The notes beneath the pieces were generated by a model. It did not search any database, was not told where the DNA came from, and saw only the letters and a program-made list of their open reading frames with translations. A DNA stretch of 39,654 nucleotides from Octopus bimaculoides (taxonomy: Eukaryota). The stretch lies in NCBI RefSeq assembly GCF_001194135.2, contig NC_068982.1, positions 49,351,195 through 49,390,848 on the forward strand, read 5' to 3'. The stretch's first letter is position 1. Each line of letters opens with the position of its first letter. Of this stretch, positions 22,864-34,793 are shown piece by piece. Both the position numbers and the translations under genes were made by a program.

Positions 22864-23087
22864 ATATCCATCGCAGCTGGTCTTACCAATTGATTTTATG
22901 TAAAGAATACAATTATATAACTTTATGCTCATCAGAGTTAGCCAATAAGGAACATGGGGACAGATCTCTATTGTCAGAGGTGGATTAGCACAACCGGTTA
23001 GTGGCTACTATGAAAAAGGCTTGTTACCTAACACTCCATTGTATTCTTTATGCGAAACCAGTTGGTAAAATCAGCCATGATGGGCAT
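22864..23087. mobile_element. MITE family 3, 224 bp, about 50-bp TIRs, TTAA flanks
   Basis: Left ATATCCATCGCAGCTGGTCTTACCAATTGATTTTATGTAAAGAATACAAT vs right (reverse complement) ATGCCCATCATGGCTGATTTTACCAACTGGTTTCGCATAAAGAATACAAT: 37 of 50 identical. TTAA at 22860-22863 and 23088-23091. Confidence 0.8.
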
Positions 23088-23109
23088 TTAATACTATACA
23101 TTTCTGATA

Positions 23110-23111
<2 letters not shown>

Positions 23112-23173
<62 letters not shown>

Positions 23174-23380
23174 ATGTATGTAAGTGTTTGGGTCTGTGTT
23201 TGTCCCTCACCACTGCTTGACAACCGTAACTTAGCAGTTTGGCAACACAGAGACCGATAGAATAGGTTCCAGGCTTAAAATATAATGAGTCCTGGGGTCG
23301 ATTTGTATTGACTAAAACCCTTCAAGGCAGTGCCCCAGCATGGCCGCAGTCTAATGACTGAAACAAGTAAGAGAAGATGA
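23112..23380 (+). mobile_element. SINE family A 3' half starting at the (TG)n tract
   Basis: TGTGTTTGTCCCTCACCACTGCTTGACAACC..GTCCTGGGGTCGATTTG..GACTGAAACAAGTAAGAG. Confidence 0.87.
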
Positions 23381-23595
23381 AATGTTAATTGTAACCATTA
23401 AACTGCAAGTTATTTATAGAACCTTGTCATTCAGGTGAAGAAAGTTGGGTTAATTTCTTTTGTATATGAAAGTGTAATACAACAAATGGAGCATGATTTA
23501 GATTCACAACAACATGGTCAATTCCTTAGTCACACAATAATTATGTAATTTTAGAATTTAGAATTGTTGATAATATTTGGATTCTAAAAACATGG

Positions 23596-23596
<1 letters not shown>

Positions 23597-23637
<41 letters not shown>

Positions 23638-24289
23638 GGTGCAAATTCTGCCAAGGTCGACTTTGCCTTNNNNNNNNNNAAGGTGCAAATTCTGCCAAGG
23701 TCGACTTTGCCTTTCATCCTTTCAGGGTTGATAAAATAAGTACCAGTTGAACACTGGGGTCGGTGTAATCAGCACATCCCCTCCCCCAAAAATGCTGTCC
23801 TTGTAGCAAAATTTGAAACCATAATTATTATCAAGGCAGTGATCTGGTAGAAATGTTAACATGCTGGGCAAAATGCTTAGCAACGTTTTGTCCGTCATTA
23901 TGTTCTGAGTTCAAATTCCACTGAGGTCAAATTTGCCTTTCATCCTTTCAGGGTCAATAAATTAAGTACCAGTCAATAACTGGGGTCGATGTGATCGATT
24001 GTTCCCCTCCCCACAAAAATCCTGGCTTTGTGCCTATATTAGAAAGCATTATTATTATCATCATTCATGCAGCAAGCTGGCAGAAGCATTAGCACACAGG
24101 GCAAAATGCTTAGTGGCATCTCATCTCTCTTTATGTTCTGAGTTCAAATTCTGCTGAGGTCAACTTTGCCTTTTCATCCTTTACGAGTTGATAAAATAAG
24201 TACCAGTTGTGTACTGAGGTTGATGTAATCAACTTACCCCTTCCCACGAAATTGCTGGCCTTGTGCCAAAATTTGAAATTATCATTATT
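23597..24289 (+). mobile_element. (ATT)13 followed by three head-to-tail SINE family B copies (23636-23832, 23833-24060, 24067-24289)
   Basis: Each unit has the B central domain and ends in a short ATT repeat. The first unit lacks most of its head and spans an N gap. Confidence 0.9.
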
Positions 24290-25331
24290 TTTGTTGCTGT
24301 GTAACCATGGGCCAGCCTTCTTCAAACAAACTTATCATCAAAAACGTTTCTACTATGTCTCAATACTACTACATTACCTGACATGGCCTTTTTTTTAAAG
24401 ACCTTAAGGTGAGAACCAAGTTTATTTGTAGTATGCCATGTGATTACATAGGCACTCCTTCATTGGTTTGTTTCATTTTACTCTTATTTTTCAGCAAAAT
24501 TTATAGTTTCTTCACTTGTATCATTTATCAAAGAATTGGTATTTAAAATAGAATAAAAACATCCAGATTATTACAATCATTTCACTTTTGATTCGTAGAC
24601 TGGAAATGATATTCATAAGATTTATTGATTTCTGAAGCCCCCATGAAGAGATTTCTGATGCAGCATAGTCTGTGTGAACAACAATTCACAAACTTCATAT
24701 AAAGAGTGATTTTAAACAGACATAATATCTTTGAAGAAATTTCACTTTGATTTTATTTCATACTTCTGTTTTGTTCAAATCCAGTTCTGTATCTTAAGTT
24801 TGGTTGATAAACTACAAAGCTGTGACAAACAGTATGCTAAATTCAGAATTCAGAGAAACTAGATTGATTTTTTTTTTTTTGTTTTGAATTCATATAGTTG
24901 TTGATAAGCTTCAGGTCATCTCTGAGTAGATTAAAGACATTCCAACAGTGACTACCCTGTCTTTTTATATATATATTAGGGATTATATTGTTCAGTGTAT
25001 ATTTAAATGTAAGCTACAGTACTTAAATAATATTCTACTTGAGTACCTAGCACAAATAATACATATCATCTTCTGCAACAAAATACTTACCATATTCACA
25101 GTTCTAACTATCTTCAACATCAGCATTCCATTTTGGAATAAGCAGGACAAAAGGAGAGAAAAGAGATGGAAAATTACTGATGAGGCTACAGAATGCATGA
25201 CGAAAATCTTTAACAGATGTATAAACTAAAAATGGTATGTATAAAGACTAAAGTGAAGATCAAATAAATAGTATGTATGTTTAATTGTCAAAAAAAAATA
25301 AAATATCATCCCCAAGTATAACAGCATATAT

Positions 25332-25365
<34 letters not shown>

Positions 25366-25515
25366 CTTTTAAATTTTTAATTTTACATTTTGAATATGCA
25401 AATAAAGCTCCTATTCCATAGTCTAATGATGTTGATTGGTGAACCACTTTTTGGGGGTTGCATCGAGCTGTACTGATATAGTGTAGGATAAATATTATAA
25501 TAATAACAACGATAA

Positions 25516-25856
25516 CCCTTGGATGGAATTTATAAACATTTAATGCATTGCTATGTGCGTTCCCACAAATCACATGTCTCTTAAGATTACAGTCCATGTT
25601 CCTGGGATGATTACAGTGCAGTTTGTAGTATCCATGGGGATCAGGTTGATCATCTTCATGGATTCATTTCTTCAGGTGATATAACATTAATGGATGTACA
25701 ACAGAGGGATGCTTATCCCTTTTGACTAATATGAGGGTTGGATATTAAGGACCTCACTAATCATCCCAGGAATCACAGACTGTGATCTTAAGAGACATGT
25801 GATTTGTGGAAACGTGCATAGCGATGCATTAAATGTTTATAAATTCCATCCAAGGG
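25516..25856. mobile_element. Fold-back MITE family 4, 341 bp, about 98-bp TIRs
   Basis: 25516-25613 vs 25758-25856: first 33 bp identical, then 7 transitions and 1 indel. Termini CCC..GGG; flanks ATAA / TTAT running into AAT/ATT repeats. Confidence 0.9.
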
Positions 25857-25977
25857 TTATTATTATTATTATTAGTAGTAGTATTATTGTTATTATTTTT
25901 ATTTTTATTATATATATATANNNNNNNNNNNNNNNNNNNNNNNNNNNNNNNNNNNNNNNNNNNNNNNNNNNATATAG

Positions 25978-26258
25978 GCGCAGGCATGGTTATGTGTGAG
26001 AAGTTTGCTTCCCAACCACATGATTCCAGGTTCAGTTCTGCAGTGTGACACATTGGGCAAGTATCTCCTCATATAGCCTCAGGCTGATTAAAGCCTTGTA
26101 AGTGGATTTAGTAGATGGAAACTGAAAGAAGCCCATCATTCTTTATGCGTGTGTGTCTTTGCGTCTGTTTGTTTCTATCCACCATTTGACAACTGGCGTT
26201 GGTGTGTTTATGTCCCTTAACTTTGCAGTTTGACAAAAGAGACCAATAGAATGAGTGT
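25978..26258 (+). mobile_element. SINE family A, 3'-truncated against the RTE 3' end
   Basis: GGCGCAGGCATGGTTATGTGTGAGAAGTTTGCTTCCCAACC..GACAAAAGAGACCAATAGAATGAGT. Confidence 0.87.
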
Positions 26259-26259
26259 T

Positions 26260-26700
26260 ATTGGTAGTCCATTGGTGTCCAATGGTGAGAAAGTCTGTGT
26301 TCTCAGCTATGAGAGTGCATGTAACTCTGCAGTCCCAAGCTGGACTCACACAGACACCTACAGATATCACAGTGATAGTCTGTTGATTGGATTGAAGCAG
26401 ATGCTGCCCTGGGACATCTTTCTCTTGCAGCATCAAGTTGCTGTTGCCATCGTCTTTGAAGGCAGCTGCTGCTCATGAGGTAAGAGACCTCCATGCTGAT
26501 CTGTCTGCAGCAGAGGCTTTGAGTTAGTGTGGACTAATGCTGCTCCATTTGAAGCTGCTTTACAGAGAACCTTTGTACCTCAGTTTAGGCCTTCCTTGTT
26601 TGCATCGGGGTACATGGTTGTCAGTCATACAATAGCTGTCTGGATATATGGTTGTCAGTCATTCTGATGACATGGCCAGTCCAGCATAATTGATAGAATA
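26260..26700 (-). mobile_element. RTE-clade LINE 3' end with a degenerate C2H2-like zinc knuckle
   Basis: Minus-strand translation LCWTGHVIRMTDNHISRQLLY (cf. QLRWAGHVxRMxDxRxPKQLLY), ASAADRSAWRSL and DYHCDICRCLCESSLGLQSYMHSH (track ORF 26303-26494). Confidence 0.88.
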
Positions 26701-26924
26701 AGAACCAGGCTCAAAAAAATAATGATAATATGTACTGCACTCAATTTGAAATTGAATATTCTGCATTATTTTCATTTGAATAAACCTTTCAGATCTTCTG
26801 GACAAGGCTGTTATTGAGGGAGCATGACTTCCCCTTCTCACAGCAGTTTCCAAATTTATTTATAAATGTAAAAGCTTCACAATGAATACAGAGAATATTC
26901 AGATCACCGATGTTGTAAGTTGAA

Positions 26925-27148
26925 CCCTTTAGTATTTAAACTGGCCATGCCCAGCCCAAATATTCTTCCTGTTTTACATTCAGATCAATCAGATCCAACC
27001 TCTCACACCTACCTTACACTGTCATTCTAAAAGTACCCAATCATACCCTCGATATCATGAAGCTATGAGATAGATAATGCATGATTAATTCAAAACAATG
27101 TGAATAATTAAGCATTGCATTTAACAGAGTAATTTGTATGCTAAAGGG
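26925..27148. mobile_element. piggyBac-like MITE family 1, 224 bp
   Basis: TGAA|CCCTTTAGTATTTA ... TGCTAAAGGG|TTAA; interior colinear with 6530-6749. Confidence 0.87.
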
Positions 27149-27363
27149 TTAAACCATTTATTTAGAATGTTTTTGATGTTCTCTCTCATTTTCATTTTAT
27201 ATTCTATCTTGAACAGGTTCTCTTATTTGTTGTAAATACTCATTGTGTTCTCTTCAATTTATATTTTCCCTTCACACTAATGCTCCCATACTTGTTCTAG
27301 TGATTCAACTCTTTGCTTTTCTTTACCACGTTGCCTATACTGTTTCATTATTTCTCTTATTAG

Positions 27364-27411
27364 CTTACATCATCTGTCAACCATATTTTATAAAGAAATA
27401 CCAATTCTCAA
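27364..27411 (+). CDS. Candidate 48-nt internal exon (LHHLSTIFYKEIPIL or AYIICQPYFIKKYQFS)
   Basis: Acceptor ctgtttcattatttctcttattAG, donor AA|GTGAGC, length a multiple of 3, two open frames. No homology recognised. Confidence 0.25.
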
Positions 27412-27822
27412 GTGAGCAAACAATAAATGATTGCACTTATGCATGTGTGTTAAGTGATAAGCAATATAAAAACATTTAGTTCAATGAAAAAGAAAACTAC
27501 ATTTTTCACCATCTATGCACCACCATCATCAACATTGTAGTTTCCAGTAACAAAGCTCAGTCTAAGTTGTTTGCCAATGGAGAATATTTTCATTTCATTT
27601 CATTTCAGTTCAGCTGTTTCTTTATATCTACTTTTCTTGCCTTCGACATATCCATCTACTCTAACAATATGAATTTCGAGTAACAAATAAATAAAAGCAA
27701 AAAACGTCCATAGCTGTTTTGCTAAGTTATGTCATTTTCGTAGAAAAATCTATCTTTCTATCAATGATAAGGTTATTATTATATCTAATGCAAACCTTAA
27801 ATTCTACCATCTATGTCAATGC

Positions 27823-27823
<1 letters not shown>

Positions 27824-27882
<59 letters not shown>

Positions 27883-27914
27883 GGATGGATGGATGGATGG
27901 ACGGACGGACGGAT
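27824..27914 (+). repeat. Compound tetranucleotide microsatellite (AGAT)n(GGAT)n(GGAC)n
   Basis: Read directly. Confidence 0.97.
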
Positions 27915-28859
27915 AATTTGACAGATAGAAAATATTAAAAAATTGAATATTAAAATGTTTTCTTGTCCGGCACAATAATATATTATATGATGCTTAAAAT
28001 TTCCCTCTGCTAAAGACTTCATATTTCTCTTTCCCTCTTACTTTTTAACAAACTTTTTAACAATGTCATTTCTCTCTTCCTTTTCATTTCTTTTTTTCTC
28101 ATTCTCTCTGATTCCCACTAACCATGTGACAGCATAATGCATCAGCTGGCAAACCATCTCCCACTTTATCTGCCTCTCCCTCTTAATACATCAGCCCTCC
28201 TCTCTCTCTCCCTCTCTCTCTAACCTCACCACCACAGCATCAGCCCTCTGCAATACATTGTATTTCTAACTCTCTTTCTCTATGTCACTCCCTTCAACTA
28301 ACTTTTTATCCACAAAATAGCTATTATGTTCCTTTTACCTCATTACCTCATTACTTTCCTTTTACATCATTAACACTTCTCTCTCCCCCTTTTTCTCTCA
28401 CTCTTTGCCTCTTCCTTCAGCTAACCATATAACAGTGTAGTGCATTTGGCCTTAGTGTATTAATATATAGAATACACACACACATACACATATACATATA
28501 TATACATACACATGTATAGAGCTTTCTCTCTTCTTTTTTTCTCTACTTCTTACCTTCACTCCTTCTCCCTCTCACTCTCACTCACTCCACCTCTCACTCA
28601 CTCCAGCTCTTCCTCTCACTAACTAACTAAAGAGTAACATGTAAACAAATGAACAAGCAGAATAATAATGTTGATTGTACCCTAAAATTTATGTATAGAT
28701 TAACCATCTTGTAACAGAATTACTTCTATAAAATTATTCAAAACAGTAGACTTGCAAAACTGTTCTTACCATAACCATGGCATTTTTCAAGTGCATAATT
28801 TTATTACAATTGTCATCATTATTTAGCATCCATTTTCCATGCATTGGATCCATGAGACA

Positions 28860-29085
28860 TAATCCTTGTGGAGAGGGAGCTAGTCGATTAGATCAACCCC
28901 AGGGTTTCACTGTTACTTAATTTATCGACCCTGAAAGGATAAAAGGCAAAGTTGACCTTGGTGGAATTTGAACTCAGAATGTAGCAACAGGCGAAATACC
29001 ATTAAGCATGTTGCCCAGCACGTTAATGATTCTTATTTCATTATTGCCCACAAGAGGCTAAACATAGAGGGGACAAACAAGGTGG
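28860..29085 (-). mobile_element. SINE family B, reverse, plus an adjacent tail of the alternative B subfamily
   Basis: GTCGATTAGATCAACCCCAG..GAAAGGATAAAAGGCAAAGTTGACC..GAATTTGAACTCAGAA. Segment 29034-29082 is the reverse of the 9590-9650 tail. Confidence 0.82.
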
Positions 29086-32000
29086 TGGTGGTGGTGGTGG
29101 TCTAAAGAATTATTTCTTTTGTGATGATGATGATGATCTGTAAATAAGGTAATTTCAAAACAAAGTTTGAAAATCAACATTGTGCTGAGGAATTTTTCTA
29201 GGTGAAAGACTAAATTTCAAGACAAATGGAAATGGAATTTATAATGGGATTACTCACCAGGATAACAATGCTTATAAGCTTAGCCCATTTTTATCACTGG
29301 CAAATTTTGATATTTTAGTAGACCAATATTGATAGATCAGAAAATTTCATGTGAGCCAATATCTTAAAAACAGAATGATAATTATTTCAGAAAGGATCCT
29401 GAAATTAATTTAAATGTCATTTCTCCTTAATTTCTTCTGAGGTCTATTATGAGAATTTTAACATGATCTCAGTTTGATCAATTTATTGTAAGCCTTTGAA
29501 CAGGCAATCGATCTAGAGTCATAGTTATTAACTGAGTTTTCCTTCATCTGAAAACCATTTCAATGAAATTGCAGAAGAAATATTTCCTCTTCAAATTCCA
29601 AACTCTTAAAGTGGTTAAATAATAGAAACCCCCTTGCTGAGTTATTTAGTGTTCAAGTAGATAATGGAAGAAATGAACAAGAAAACAGCTGTTTAGTTTC
29701 TTCTCAAGTGGGTTAACCTTGTACATTCTCAATGTGTTGGGAAGAAGCATCATTAGGTTGATGCCTCACTACCACCATCATTACCATTTCTGATTTTGCC
29801 AAAATGTGATTGTACTTAATGCATTTATGCAATGCTAATTGGTAATTAGAATGGTCATATTAAGCGTCAAANNNNNNNNNNNNNNNNNNNNNNNNNNNNN
29901 NNNNNNNNNNNNNNNNNNNNNNNNNNNNNNNNNNNNNNNNNNNNNNTGTGTGTGTGTGTGTGTGTGCGTGCACATATTTGTGAGCTTATGGAAAGTCCTT
30001 AAGCAAGTGCCCAAATATTTCAGCTGATCACTCTCTATGGCAGAATACCAGTTGGCAGGAGAAGAGCACAAGGAGACTTTCAAGTCCTGCACACTTAGTA
30101 AACAAATTATATATATATATATATATACAGAGAGAGAGAGAGAGAGAGAGAGAGTGGATGAGTGAGTGGGTGAGTGAGTGAGAGAGAGAGTACAATAACC
30201 ATTGATTTGTTTTTACATTCTCTGTTTTTAATGTTTAAATGCATCAGATATTTAGTGATATTGTCAGTTTGAATCAGATTGCAATTACTTTTAATTATCA
30301 GTCCTAATTCTCTGCAAAATGTGATTGAGTAACCTCTATTAGATAACTAATTTATTCCTTGTTTGAGATGATGGTAAGTCAAGTACTAAACTTACTGATA
30401 ATAAAATGCTGTCTTTAGCATGCCAATCATTTAAACCAACACATTTAACTAAATGTAAAAAAAGAGAAAAAACAGAAAAAGAAGTAAATAAAATCACAAA
30501 AACAGTATTTTTTTTACTTTATTTCATTTCTGAGTCCAAATCTTTGTCACTCTACTATTGGATCACAGCAAAATGCACATAATTCATTGTTTGTGATCTG
30601 GATGTCTAAAACCCTCAGTAGATAACATTCTGAATTTGTGAACAGTTTCATGTTGCAGTTGTTTAATCAATTAGAGCTGATCTGAGTCATCTGATGTAAT
30701 ATGATGGATCATTTTGACTCTGACGTAGGATTGTTCAGCTTATAACAGTTGGATTCGATCCCATGTTTCACCACATAGAAATCACTAGTTGATCAATTGT
30801 ACAAACGCAATTTTGGTCCAATCCATGGCTGTCGGTCATGTGATAGTTTGGCGGCATGACTAGGCCCTTCTGTTAACAGAGCCTACAAATATAGCACATT
30901 TGAACTTGGAAACCTCAAAGTGATTCTAGTCCTCGGTGGAGTTCACTCTCAACACATTGCTATTTTCACAGCTACATATTCAGCCTGGCATGATAGCTGA
31001 AGAAAAATGCACCATGGCAACACAGCAACATGAATATGTATTGGTATAAAAATTAACCTGAATGTCGAATTTCTGACGAAGACTTTCTTCACCTACAACA
31101 TATGTTGTTTTATCTGAATATTCCTGACTTTCTATAGGCCATTATTGTTAAGAGGCAGCCTGGCACCACCACTGTTGAGTGAGTGCCCAAATCATTGTTC
31201 TAATCCTGTGGTCTTCTCATACTGGACAGGAAAGCCATAGTCAAGTTGATGTTGCCAATGCCCATCTTAGGTCATTGTCAGCAGTGTTGGATGATGTATA
31301 AGTACATTACTGCCATGCACCAGACTCCCAATGACTCAGGAAACTGCATACATGCAGTGCATCGATAGGATAAAACTAACCTATCACATCATGTAACTAT
31401 TTGAGATATATTCTAGCATATTTATCAGAATAAAATGCAGAGTAGATAAATAAGGAAGTATGTGGTTAGTAAATAGAGCATAGATGAGATGAGCTAGAAA
31501 TTAAGTTTGAAGGTGGTATCTAATGTAGTAGAAGGAGGAAGAATGGAGGAAAGCGGAACCAGTAATAATTAGATGAAGAGGGAGACTATTAGAGGTAATA
31601 TTAGGGAGAGGAGATTAGCAATTGTAGGTGTAGAGGTGGTGGTAATTATTTTGAAGTTCAAAACTGACACATGGTTGTCCTACAGCTGAGTGGATTAATT
31701 TCTCTAACATAAATACTGACATCATATGATTGTTAAAATTGTTTTAAATTCTTAGGGATAAAAAAAATAAAGTGAAATACTTTCAATTATCTTCAACACA
31801 TTGCATGTTTGTAACAAAAAGATATCACAGTGTAAAGATATTATCGTTTAAAATGAAAGTAATTAAATTCCTAATATGTTAGTTCCATCACCCATACCCT
31901 AGGCTAGCTATAACAGATCAAATCTATGATTAAAAGTGTTTATTCCATGGCCATCACCTTTTCTATCCAGAAGAACTGTATTCTGATATCGCGTTATGCA

Positions 32001-32544
32001 ATAATTCCAATTTAATTTTTAAAGATGGTAGTGTATTGAGGGAAATCTGGCTGCTATTTCTTGTAGATGAAATTACCACATAGAGATTCAAGCTCCAATA
32101 AATAATTTTGCTCCTGAAATTTCTCTAGTGTAAGAACAGAATTCACTGCCTTCGTAATGATTAACAAGCTGGCTTGTTATTCCTTAATTCCTTTCTGTTG
32201 AAATCACAATTTCTATGAATTGAGGCAACAAGTCATTTTAATGGAGAAAATAGTGCCTCCTTGTAAATTTCGAATGTGAAAAGTTGCCAATCATCAGTCT
32301 TTTAATCAGAAGATGATTAATTTCAGGTATCAAAATTGCCAGTGTGTTATCTGTAATTGTTTATCTTCATTACTTTCGATCAGTCAGCCATTTTCTATTG
32401 CTAGTATTAGTTACAAGGTTTATCTGGACAGTAAAAACACATCTTATGTTTAATATGAATGATGTATAAAAGTAGTGACATGTATAGAAACTGTGCCATA
32501 TATATATAAATATACATGCATAAGGTAAAAGAGAGTGAAGATCC

Positions 32545-33110
32545 CTTTTGGTCATGAATGACCATGGGTTTGCACAGAGAAAGTTCCCCACTGAGGCACA
32601 AGTCTGGGCAAGGTTACTTATGGAAGACCAGAAGATCCTTCAAAACTTCCATGCTTCCTGAGATTCACCAACACTACACCTAATTTTCTCCCCTCCATAC
32701 ATATGCAAGCATGTATCTGACTCATACACTGTTCACTTTCCAGACATTTGTACAATACTGCATATGCTTTATGCACACTTTTGACAAGTTGTAGTGCACC
32801 TGAGCACTGTATACAATAATTTCATTATTATCATTATTATTACCTATGCATACTAGTTTCCCCTCTTTATGTCACTGATGTTGTCCAAGAGAAAGGCAAA
32901 GGCCAATACAATTTGGCACCAGTAATGTTACAACTCATTTCTACAGCTGAGTGAACTGGAGTGCAACTCATTTCTAAAGCTGAGTGAACTGAAACAACAT
33001 GAAATAAAGTATCTTGCTCAAGAATACAATACACAGCCCTACTTGGGAATTGAATTCACAACCTCATGATTGTAAGCCCAATGCTCAAACCACTGAACCA
33101 TGTGCCTTCC
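32545..33110 (-). mobile_element. SINE family C (32545-32636 and 32845-33110) split by an opposite-strand insertion
   Basis: Both parts are colinear with the reverse complement of 5003-5338. Contains a 33-bp internal tandem duplication (CAACTCATTTCTACAGCTGAGTGAACTG..). Confidence 0.85.
32637..32843 (+). mobile_element. About 205-bp 5'-truncated non-LTR retroelement 3' end with an (ATT)n tail
   Basis: Sits exactly between two colinear SINE C halves and ends CAATAATTTCATTATTATCATTATTAT. Clade not determined. Confidence 0.55.
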
Positions 33111-34793
33111 CATACATATATATGTACATACATACATAATATTACCACAAGAACCAGAAATGGATTTAAAAGCATGAGCAAGGTCTTTAAACAAAAGAAC
33201 ATAGGGATAAGAGTTTTCTTCAAACTTTCATTTCATATTTTAAAAACTATTGAAAACAGTGGATATTTCAAAAGGAAACCGGGTCCTATTTACCAGCAGA
33301 TGATTGGAAATGAATAACTTTGAATGTTGGAAATCAAGAGTCTTTGAATTATAATGTATTAAAGAATACTGTACATTTGTATTGTGTCATTAATTTATTG
33401 TTTCTGGTGAATCAACAGAGAGAAATATATGTATGTGTGGGTGTGGGTGTGGGTGTGTTTGTGTGTGGTTATATATATATATGGCTATTTGGACTTTGGG
33501 CATATGTCAGTTAAAGCATATTCACCGTGAGCTACCTGATGTCAACCACAGTTACAGTATATATATGTTTATGTCAATGAATGTATACACATCCTACTTC
33601 TTTTTAACTTTCAAGTCTTATCATTTGACAGGTTTTACTTTCTATCCTTTAATATTTTGATTTAATTTATGTTGTATGTAGCCAGATCCATCCCCAGAAT
33701 TATTCTACTCTCAGTCAGTGTACCCAGATATTACAAGAGAGTACAACATGTCTGGAGGAACTCAGTATATGTAGTAGGATACTTTTTATAACAAACACCT
33801 GAGGAGACACAGACTGCACTGATTGAATGCAGAATATAAAAATGGACAAAATGCTGCTAAGCATTCTCCCCACCATGCTGCCAGTCCACTGCCTTAAACA
33901 ACAGTTTAATATTGAAAGATGTTAGTTGTTTTACCAAATCTCTTCAAATTCCTAGTTATTTTCGAAGTTAATTAAAACAGTATATTTCATCAGATATAAA
34001 AATCAAGAAAGGTTAATCCACTAACAAACTACCATAACAGGCTCACAGATAACTGTTTTAGTTTCTCCATTTCTTTTACTGCCACTACCTCTTTTATTTT
34101 ATATATATATATATACAAAAGAGAAGGGTAGAGTGCATGTCATTTTGCAGACCTTCCAAGATTGGTGAAGTAAAAGAAGGAATAAACTATAGTTCATGGA
34201 TTTCGGCCATCGGAAGTAGGTGGTGGGGTAAAGGCAGGAGTCATCAAGCTATTGTGTTATCTTCAAAGCAGAGACTTAGTTTAAGTATTGTCAATAAAAT
34301 GAACTGTACTAAAATCACCCAAGAGCCAAATAGTGTTAATGGATAAAGCGTATGGCTTAAAAATGGATATGCTATATATATTCACAGATAGGTCGCACTG
34401 TTAGTTTGGGGTTGTCAAAGTAGGTATTTGCAGTTGACTTGCAGATAGGTTGTACTATAATCTGGGGAGTTACATAGCCCTTTTTAACATAAATATAGCT
34501 AATATTTGTTAAATATAATCAAATATTCATTTTTATTTCAAAACTTTGCTTACAAATATGCAAACATTATTGCAAAAGTGACTTTATGATAAATGAACTC
34601 AGCTAAAAAAAAGTCAAGAAGTATCAACTTGACAAGAAAAATGTCTAGAATTACAAACAGAATAGAAAAAAATGTTACATAAGAAAAGTGTTTAGTGATT
34701 TTGATATAGGTATTAAGCTTCATCAAAACTGAAAGCTGAAAATTCTTCTTCATTATCACCACTGTCAGACATTCTTTTCATTTGTCCCTGTAG

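Noticed and set aside
22947-23067. Protein-like open frames GTWGQISIVRGGLAQPVSGYYEKG.. (+) and PLTGCANPPLTIEIC.. (-) with splice-like ends
   Set aside because: They lie inside the 22864-23087 MITE, and the apparent donors on both strands are part of its TIRs.
24586-25185. Minus-strand exon candidates 25091-25185 and 24586-24669 (DYAASEISSWGLQKSINL..)
   Set aside because: Phases do not join, the second donor is weak, and no homology is recognised.
25177-25207. CTGATGA..GAAA hammerhead-like spacing
   Set aside because: No complementary helix II or helix I can be formed.
29259-29398. Minus-strand segment with a good acceptor (ttaatttcAG) and donor (CTG|GTGAGT)
   Set aside because: All three frames contain stops; could only be non-coding and there is no other support.
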